This document shows, piece by piece, positions 9,343-15,595 of a stretch of DNA of 64,000 nt. The DNA lies in the NCBI GenBank assembly GCA_045537905.1, contig JAZSQJ010000053.1, forward strand, positions 36,295 to 100,294. Direction: 5' to 3'. The translations under genes and the position numbers were made by a program. Under the pieces are notes generated by a model. The model saw only the letters and a list, made by a program, of their open reading frames with translations. It searched no databases and was not told the origin of the DNA. The DNA is from Eubacteriales bacterium. GTDB taxonomy: Bacteria; Bacillota; Clostridia; Oscillospirales; CAG-382. Positions within the stretch are counted from its first letter, which is position 1. Every line of letters starts with the position of its first letter.

Positions 9343-10842
9343 TTAGGATTTAAGCAGTATTCTTATTATGATATAGTCGGTGGTGGTAATTACGCCGTCG
9401 CCGCTTACGTCTGCTCTGGCAGCCATATCCTCACTCAGCTCTGTCTGTACGTTGCAGTACATTTTTATCAGAATATAGTCGTTGGCAGACAAGGAACCGT
9501 CATCGTCAATGTCACCTTCGATAACGGGTATGCTAAAGGCGTATTCCACCGTTACTCTCTGCATTAAATCGTTGGTAAAGTTAGGGGTGTTGTTTACGTC
9601 AAGGGTAAAGCTACCTTTTTCATACTTCATACCGTAAATGTAAAAATAGTCCCCCATAGATAAATCGGGCTCGTAGGCTTTGTAGCTTCTGCCCTTGGCA
9701 GGACTGTAGGCGTAAACCGCCTCGGGTACGGAGTAAAACAGCACCTCGCCGTCAGAGGCAAGACAGCTCATATTTCCGCTCCAGTAGGAGCTTTCTCCTG
9801 CCATCCATTTATCGTCTATGGTAACAAGAGTGTCACCCCCGTAGGTCTTAAGCTCGCCTACAGAGCTGTCGATGTAGTATACGGTACCGTCCAAAAGCTG
9901 AAAGGAGGCAGCAGAGCTTTGCCAGAAATAGCTGTCAAAGCTTTTGTCTGCAGGGGTAGTGTCGTAATCGTTGGCGTTATGTCCGTTTGCCATCATATAC
10001 TCGGTAGAAACCAAAAAATAGTTATGTCCCACCTTGCCTGCCACGTCCCATTCCGTACCGCTCCATATAGGGTCGTCGTAGGTTACGTCCACGTGGTAGT
10101 AGTTGCCGTTTACGTAAACGATGTTCCAGGCGTGGTTAAGGGCAGTGGAAACACAGATATAGGAGGGAATATCCAGCTTCTCCAGCATATAAGTGTATGC
10201 CGCCGCATAGCCCTGGCAAACCGCATCGCCTATAACCATAGCACCGTAAATACTGTGGGAGGTCAAAAATGCGGGGTCAGCGGTGTCCTCGATGAGGGTG
10301 TACTCGCAAAAATATGCAAGCCTGTCGTGAACAAGCAAAGCCTTTTGCACGTCGTCCAGAGCATTGTTGCCCTTCAAATCGCTGACCATTGCCTCGGCGC
10401 CCTGGTCAATCTCTGCCAGCATAGAGGCATAGGTATCGGCATCGTAATGATACTGGGGTGTAATGTAGCCTATGGTGCCGGAGTAAACAGGCCCGTAGCT
10501 AAAGGTATTAACGTGGAAAATCAAAGGCATCTTGCTAAAAATCAAGCTGGCAAGGGCGTTTATATTCTCGGTGTTTCTGGGGATTTTGAAGCTGCTCAGC
10601 GATATGTATGAAGCAAAGGAGCTAAGCTGTTCTTCCAGATAATCCGTCAAAGCGTCAACGTCAACACTTGAGGAAAAGGCAAGGGGAGCCAGATCGCCGC
10701 TTAACACAGCCCTTGCGCTAAGGGTCATATCCAAGGCGTCGGGTGAGATGGCTGCACCTACAGCCACAGGTGAAGCACCAAGCAGCAACACGGTGGCAAG
10801 TAATACTCCCAAAAGTCTGATGCTATGCAATTTCCGTTTCAT
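9343..10842 (-). CDS. Secreted transglutaminase-like cysteine peptidase-fold protein with C-terminal dockerin
   Basis: Start set at ATG 10842 (MKRKLHSIRLLGVLL, GGGAGGG RBS). Cys-His-Asp core CQGYAAAY...NHAWNIVY...HVDVTYDD. C-terminus GDIDDDGSLSANDYILIK...DVSGDGVITTTDYIIIRILL. Confidence 0.8.
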   Translation of the reverse strand: MKRKLHSIRLLGVLLATVLLLGASPVAVGAAISPDALDMTLSARAVLSGDLAPLAFSSSVDVDALTDYLEEQLSSFASYISLSSFKIPRNTENINALASLIFSKMPLIFHVNTFSYGPVYSGTIGYITPQYHYDADTYASMLAEIDQGAEAMVSDLKGNNALDDVQKALLVHDRLAYFCEYTLIEDTADPAFLTSHSIYGAMVIGDAVCQGYAAAYTYMLEKLDIPSYICVSTALNHAWNIVYVNGNYYHVDVTYDDPIWSGTEWDVAGKVGHNYFLVSTEYMMANGHNANDYDTTPADKSFDSYFWQSSAASFQLLDGTVYYIDSSVGELKTYGGDTLVTIDDKWMAGESSYWSGNMSCLASDGEVLFYSVPEAVYAYSPAKGRSYKAYEPDLSMGDYFYIYGMKYEKGSFTLDVNNTPNFTNDLMQRVTVEYAFSIPVIEGDIDDDGSLSANDYILIKMYCNVQTELSEDMAARADVSGDGVITTTDYIIIRILLKS

Positions 10843-10897
10843 AATAAACCCTCCCGTAAATTTCAAACCGTAAAACAAAGCACGGAAAAACTACAGC

Positions 10898-10953
10898 TTA
10901 TACAATTATATATTATCAAATAGATTTATACAATTATATATTATCAAATAGAT
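10898..10953. repeat. Perfect 28-bp tandem direct repeat (2 units) in a divergent promoter region
   Basis: TTATACAATTATATATTATCAAATAGAT at 10898-10925 and again at 10926-10953, with no mismatch. Confidence 0.95.
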
Positions 10954-10966
10954 GGTTTTTTGTCAA
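10938..10966 (-). promoter_or_regulatory. Sigma-A type promoter of 9343..10842, with its -10 inside the 28-bp repeat
   Basis: Minus strand reads TTGACA (10966-10961), 17-nt spacer, TGaTAATAT (-10 at 10943-10938). The second repeat unit repeats the TGaTAATAT / TATAAT element 28 bp downstream. Confidence 0.65.
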
Positions 10967-11037
10967 TGATAAACATAAAATTAATTAATCGTCCTTGTTT
11001 TTTAGCTTAAATAATTAAAATACTGCCCTTTTTGCCC

Positions 11038-11066
11038 TTGACTAAAAAGGAAAGTGATGTTATACT
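11038..11066 (+). promoter_or_regulatory. Sigma-A type promoter of 11130..13076
   Basis: TTGACT (11038-11043), 17-nt spacer, TGtTATACT (-10 at 11061-11066). Confidence 0.65.
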
Positions 11067-11129
11067 GCTATTGTGTATGAAAATAATTCGATTTGCCTTT
11101 ATATGGCATTTCGGTAAAGGAGTTATACT

Positions 11130-13076
11130 ATGCGTATCATCAAAAAGTCCCTGTCGATGTTGCTTGCACTGTGTATGCTTGTTTCTATGTGTACGTTTTT
11201 TGCGACAGAAGCAGCTGCGGTTACCCCTCTTGGGTGCCTGGTGCAAACAGAGGCTCAGTGGAAAAACTATTATTACGGTACAGGCAACCTGTACTATACA
11301 GGCTGCGGTATCTTTTCTCTTGTAAACGCCGTTGGTTACCTTACCGGTAAGCGTATGAGCGTTACTTCAACCGCCCAGTGGTTCCACGATATAGGCGGCT
11401 ACAACGTTACAGGCGGCGAGGGTACGTACCGCACCGTCGTATATCCCAAGGTACAGGCAAAATACGGCAGTACATACGGCTTTACCGTGGACTGCGGCAG
11501 CGGCAATTCGGGCTATTGGTCCACCTCTGCCAGCACGGTTCTTAAAAACCACCTTGCAAAGGGTGGCGTTGCGGTAGGCCACGTACCCGGTCACTTTATT
11601 GCTTTGGTAGGCTACAATTCCAGCACCAACAAGTTCCACGTGTACGACAGTGCTCCTTCCAGTGCCCGCGGTACTCTCAGCGGCTACGGTAACGCCTGGT
11701 TAACACAAGCGCAGCTGGCAACGGGTAAAATGGACCTGGACTGGTTCTGCCTCCTTTCCGCTACCTCTACCGAGCCTGAGGTTGTGTGGACGACGGGTGA
11801 GTACACTATGCTTGGTGCAAAGCACCTGCGTGACAGCGCCTCCGCTACCTACAACACCTTGGTGACTGTTCCCGTGGGCGAGGTTATGTCTGTAACTAAG
11901 ATAGTAAACAAAACCTACGGCTACACCCAGTACGGTGACTTTGTGGGCTACATCTATCTTGATGAGGACGTAAAACGCACGGGCAACCTTAATACCGACC
12001 GTCTTACCAGCTTTACCTGCTCTGACGTAAGATATATTGATAACGATTACACTGCCTCTTGGAGTGACGTGGTAGGCGCATCGGGCTACCGCTACAAGGT
12101 AATCCAGCTTGAGGGTGAGCCTAATCCCGGTGATAGTAACGAGTCTGCTAATGCAACCGTTTTGGTAGACAGCACCAAATACATTACCCAAACTCTTTCC
12201 ACCACCATTCCTGCCGCAAAGATGAGCAAGGGCAAGTACCTTAAGATAGCGGTAGAAACCGTATTCCCCGACGGCAGTATGTGGAACACTATGTACGTTA
12301 CCCCTGCAGGCGTTCCCTTTACCGATATCAGCATCAGTTCCTGGATGTATGACCCCGTAGTATACTGCTACGAAACGGGTCTTCTTACGGGCGTTAGCTC
12401 CACAACCTTCGACCCTAACTCCGGTGTAAATATGGCAATGCTGGCAACGGTCGTTCACCGTGCCGCAGGCTCTCCCGAGCCTTCTGCCGATACGGTTATG
12501 CCTTACGCCAACGTTACGAGCGACAAATGGTATTACAAGTCCGTTCTTTGGTGCGTAGAGCAGGGCGTTCTCCGCGTGGACGAAATTCCCGCCTTTGACT
12601 ATGCGGCTCTTGCCAACCGTGAAACTGCTATTAAGTTCTTCTACCGCATGGCAGACCGCATCCGCAAAAACGATAAGGAGCTTGACGACACTACCCTTAG
12701 CGTGTTTACAGACGCAAGTGAGATAAGCGACGACTGCCGTGTTGCCGTTACCTGGGCAGTTACCAAGGGCGTTATCACAGGCAGCAGCGGCAAACTCAAC
12801 CCTGCAGACAACAGTACGAGAGTACAGCTTGCGGCTATGCTTCAGAAGTTTGATATGTTCCTTGCCGACGTAGATGCTGTATACAATCCCATAACCAAGG
12901 GCGACGTAAACAACAACGGTAATATCGACACCGCTGACTATATTTCCTTGAGAGCGCACCTTGCCGAGATATCAAAAATCTCTGCCGCCTTTGAGGAGGC
13001 TGCCGACTACGACGGTGACAAAGTTATAAGCTCCAGCGACTATATTATGCTAAAGTTGGCAATGATGGGCAAATAA
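11130..13076 (+). CDS. Secreted multidomain protein: C39/papain-like peptidase domain, SH3b-like, Fn3-like, three SLH-like repeats, C-terminal dockerin
   Basis: A signal peptide is present. Candidate catalytic residues are Cys in YYTGCGIFSL, His in GHFIALVGY and Asp in VYDS. SLH-like units are FTDISISSWMY...GLLTG...FDP, YANVTSDKWYY and FTDASEI...AVTWAVTKGVITG...LNPADNSTRVQLAAML. C-terminus GDVNNNGNIDTADYISLR...DYDGDKVISSSDYIMLKL. Confidence 0.75.
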   Translation: MRIIKKSLSMLLALCMLVSMCTFFATEAAAVTPLGCLVQTEAQWKNYYYGTGNLYYTGCGIFSLVNAVGYLTGKRMSVTSTAQWFHDIGGYNVTGGEGTYRTVVYPKVQAKYGSTYGFTVDCGSGNSGYWSTSASTVLKNHLAKGGVAVGHVPGHFIALVGYNSSTNKFHVYDSAPSSARGTLSGYGNAWLTQAQLATGKMDLDWFCLLSATSTEPEVVWTTGEYTMLGAKHLRDSASATYNTLVTVPVGEVMSVTKIVNKTYGYTQYGDFVGYIYLDEDVKRTGNLNTDRLTSFTCSDVRYIDNDYTASWSDVVGASGYRYKVIQLEGEPNPGDSNESANATVLVDSTKYITQTLSTTIPAAKMSKGKYLKIAVETVFPDGSMWNTMYVTPAGVPFTDISISSWMYDPVVYCYETGLLTGVSSTTFDPNSGVNMAMLATVVHRAAGSPEPSADTVMPYANVTSDKWYYKSVLWCVEQGVLRVDEIPAFDYAALANRETAIKFFYRMADRIRKNDKELDDTTLSVFTDASEISDDCRVAVTWAVTKGVITGSSGKLNPADNSTRVQLAAMLQKFDMFLADVDAVYNPITKGDVNNNGNIDTADYISLRAHLAEISKISAAFEEAADYDGDKVISSSDYIMLKLAMMGK

Positions 13077-13103
13077 GCTCCGAAACATAGGTCGACGATA
13101 ATA

Positions 13104-13138
13104 TATGCCTCTCGTAGCAACGGGAGGCATAGTTTTTG
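13104..13138 (+). terminator. Rho-independent terminator
   Basis: TATGCCTC-12 nt-GAGGCATA followed by gTTTTTg. Confidence 0.75.
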
Positions 13139-13150
13139 TGATTAGCTGTT

Positions 13151-14485
13151 ATGGAAAAACAAATAAAAGACAAAATATTTACATACCGTATAGCAGGCGG
13201 CAACTATGTAATAATTACGGGTATTTGCGGGACAGAGGGCTTGATAGAGTTCAACCCGGACGGAGACGGGTGCTTCAAGCACCGTATAGAGATACCGGAG
13301 CTTATAGAAAACCTGCCTGTGATGGGTGTACTTTGCAAGGGGATAGATATAGCCTTAGAGGGGGATAGCCGCTACCGTCACGACGGCAGTAGCGTAATAG
13401 ACCTGCACCTGCCTCAGTATACGTATTTTGGCGGCTTTGGCAGGGTGCAAACCAAGGTAGGCTATCTGTACCCAAATTACAATCTGCACTACTATCAACG
13501 AAGCATCTGTTATCTGCATTGCAAAAACGGCACCGCTTCCTTTTACGCCAAGCCCTCGGAGGGCAACACTTGCCGTATAGTCTGTATCACCGCAGAGGAT
13601 GGGAGCACAGCCTTGGAAATCCCTGCTGCTATCTGCGGCTACGTTCCCACGGCAATCGCCGAGGGCAGTACCTGTCTCCTTCCCGATAGCCTTACGGAGC
13701 TAAGGCTTGGCTCTGCTATAGAGCGTATAGGAAAGGATTGCTTTACGGGTCTGCCACGCCTTGGCAAGGTATACCTTGGCGAAAAAACCGTGCATATATC
13801 GGAGGGTGCCTTTTCCTATTACGGGGAAAGCTACAAAAACTCCCTCATAAAGGTTCCAACGCTGAGGGTGTATTATCAAGGGTTGCCCATAGTGGAGGAT
13901 GGTGCGTTTCGCCGTGTAGCCAACGTCTGGGTAGAGGACGAGGGCTTTGTCGGTAACTACATCCGCTACAAAATCCAAGGCGTCAACTACAGCGTAGACC
14001 TTGCTCCTCTTGTGAAGGAGGAGCTTAACGTGGAGGGTGGCGTCCTTAAAAGATGCACGGGCTTCCCGCGCCACGTCAAGCTGCCGGAAGGCGTTGTAAG
14101 CATTGCTTCTTATGCTTTTGCAGGTAATGCCTGTATGGAAACGGCAGAGCTTCCGCAGGGGCTTAAGGAAATAGGAGAGGCAGCTTTTAAGGGATGCACC
14201 GCCCTAAGGGAGATAAGCATACCCGAGGGGGTAGAGAAGATAGGCAGGTCTGCCTTTGAGGATTGCTGTAGCTTGGAAAAAGTAATTCTGCCCAAGGGGC
14301 TGAAAACCGTGGCAGAGCGTAGCTTCAAGGGTAGCGCCATCAGGGAAATAAAGCTGCCCGACGGCTTGCGAAGTATAAGGTGCCAAGCCTTTGCAAATTG
14401 CAAAAATCTAAAGATGCCCAGGCTTCCCAAGGGTGCCGTGGCAGACGTCTACGCCTTTGATAATTATATGGAGGCTAATAAGTAA
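13151..14485 (+). CDS. BspA-type leucine-rich-repeat protein without signal peptide
   Basis: 444 aa. The C-terminal half has repeats such as LPEGVVSIASYAFAGNACMETAELPQGLKEIGEAAFKGCTALREISIPEGVEKIGRSAFEDCCSLEKVILP. The ATG lies 13 nt after the terminator T-run with no obvious SD, so the start is uncertain. Confidence 0.7.
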   Translation: MEKQIKDKIFTYRIAGGNYVIITGICGTEGLIEFNPDGDGCFKHRIEIPELIENLPVMGVLCKGIDIALEGDSRYRHDGSSVIDLHLPQYTYFGGFGRVQTKVGYLYPNYNLHYYQRSICYLHCKNGTASFYAKPSEGNTCRIVCITAEDGSTALEIPAAICGYVPTAIAEGSTCLLPDSLTELRLGSAIERIGKDCFTGLPRLGKVYLGEKTVHISEGAFSYYGESYKNSLIKVPTLRVYYQGLPIVEDGAFRRVANVWVEDEGFVGNYIRYKIQGVNYSVDLAPLVKEELNVEGGVLKRCTGFPRHVKLPEGVVSIASYAFAGNACMETAELPQGLKEIGEAAFKGCTALREISIPEGVEKIGRSAFEDCCSLEKVILPKGLKTVAERSFKGSAIREIKLPDGLRSIRCQAFANCKNLKMPRLPKGAVADVYAFDNYMEANK

Positions 14486-14491
14486 ACGGTA

Positions 14492-14520
14492 TTTACAAGA
14501 GCGCTTAAATGTGATAAAAT
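14492..14520 (+). promoter_or_regulatory. Sigma-A type promoter of 14552..18212 operon
   Basis: TTTACA (14492-14497), 17-nt spacer, TGaTAAAAT (-10 at 14515-14520). Confidence 0.65.
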
Positions 14521-14551
14521 AAGAAGAAATCAAAAACTAAGGAGAAAAAAC

Positions 14552-14851
14552 ATGGCAGAGATTTTAGAGATAATGATGATACTTAGCTTTGGTGCCTCCT
14601 GGCCCCTTAACGTTATTAAGTCCTATAAGGCAAGGACAACCAAGGGTAAAAGTCTTGGCTTTTTACTGCTTATATTCTTTGGCTACGTGGCAGGCATCGC
14701 CTCCAAGTTTGCCAATGCGGAATATATGGCGGCGTTCAGCCAGAAATGGTACGTGCTTTTCTTCTACTTCCTCAACATAATTATGGTTGGCGCAGACCTT
14801 GTGCTTTACGCAAGAAACTATAAGCTGGACAAAAAGCAGGGCAACAAATAG
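14552..14851 (+). CDS. Small 3-TM membrane protein, PQ-loop/SemiSWEET-like
   Basis: RBS AAGGAG; 99 aa; three hydrophobic segments. SWPLNVIKSYKARTTKGKSLGFLLL matches the PQ-loop pattern P(Q)..K.yK.kst.G.S..fl.l, with PL in place of PQ. Confidence 0.5.
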   Translation: MAEILEIMMILSFGASWPLNVIKSYKARTTKGKSLGFLLLIFFGYVAGIASKFANAEYMAAFSQKWYVLFFYFLNIIMVGADLVLYARNYKLDKKQGNK

Positions 14852-14860
14852 GATAAAGCT

Positions 14861-15595
14861 ATGGAAAAAATTATAAATATTGATAACCTGTCCGGCTTTG
14901 CCTACTGTAACCATAAAATATGCAATAAGCCGATAAAGGGGATAGCCATATCCTTTTTCGGACTGGGCGGCTGTACTATGTTTGCAGAGGAAACCGAGGA
15001 CGGTAAAAAGTATGCGGAAAAGGGCATTCTTCTCCTCGTCCCTTACCAAAATCCCTGGGCGTGGATGAACAGGCAAACGGTGGATTACACGGACGAGCTG
15101 GTAGACGTGCTTTTTGATGCCTACAACCTGCCCGAGGATACGCCGATTGTATCTACGGGCGGCAGTATGGGCGGTCTGTCTGCCCTTGTTTACACCTATT
15201 ACGCCAAGCGTACACCCGTGGCGTGCGTTGCAAACTGCCCTGTGTGTGACTTACCCTACCATTATACCGAGCGTGTGGATCTGCCCCGCACCCTGTACAG
15301 TGCCTTCGGCAGCTACGAGGGTACGATGGAGCAGGCGCTACGCAGTGCCTCTCCCTTGCACCTTGTTGACATAATGCCTAAAGCTACTGCCTATTACGTT
15401 TTCCATTGCGAGGAGGACAAGGCGGTAAACAAGGCGATGCACAGCGACCGTTTTGTTAAGGAGCTGCAAAAAGAACATTTCGTAAAGTACTACGCCGTAC
15501 CCGAAAGAGGGCATTGCGACCTGACGGAGGAAATGCGTTTACTTTATACAAGCCACGTTGTTAATTCAATAATAGGGGACAAAGACAATGCTTAA
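14861..15595 (+). CDS. Alpha/beta hydrolase (esterase / S9-like)
   Basis: Nucleophile elbow GGSMGG. Candidate acid is in CEEDKAV and candidate His in ERGHCD. No signal peptide. Confidence 0.7.
   Translation: MEKIINIDNLSGFAYCNHKICNKPIKGIAISFFGLGGCTMFAEETEDGKKYAEKGILLLVPYQNPWAWMNRQTVDYTDELVDVLFDAYNLPEDTPIVSTGGSMGGLSALVYTYYAKRTPVACVANCPVCDLPYHYTERVDLPRTLYSAFGSYEGTMEQALRSASPLHLVDIMPKATAYYVFHCEEDKAVNKAMHSDRFVKELQKEHFVKYYAVPERGHCDLTEEMRLLYTSHVVNSIIGDKDNA

Noticed and set aside
10898-10953. Possible CRISPR array (direct repeats at 10898-10953, and the identical 33-nt hairpins at 23789/24046)
   Set aside because: The 28-mers are directly adjacent with no spacer and there are only two units. The 33-nt hairpins occur only twice, 257 bp apart, with structured rather than spacer-like sequence between them. 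No cas genes are present in the window.
11700-12959. 419-aa minus-strand ORF inside 11130..13076, and similar shadows at 39151..40098, 42313..43071, 42983..43855, 47308..48336 and 59750..60574
   Set aside because: Each lies wholly within well-supported plus-strand genes (dockerin/SLH protein, U32 peptidase, OFOR beta/gamma, lgt/M16, dnaD-like). None has an RBS or a recognisable motif. They are treated as antisense shadows.
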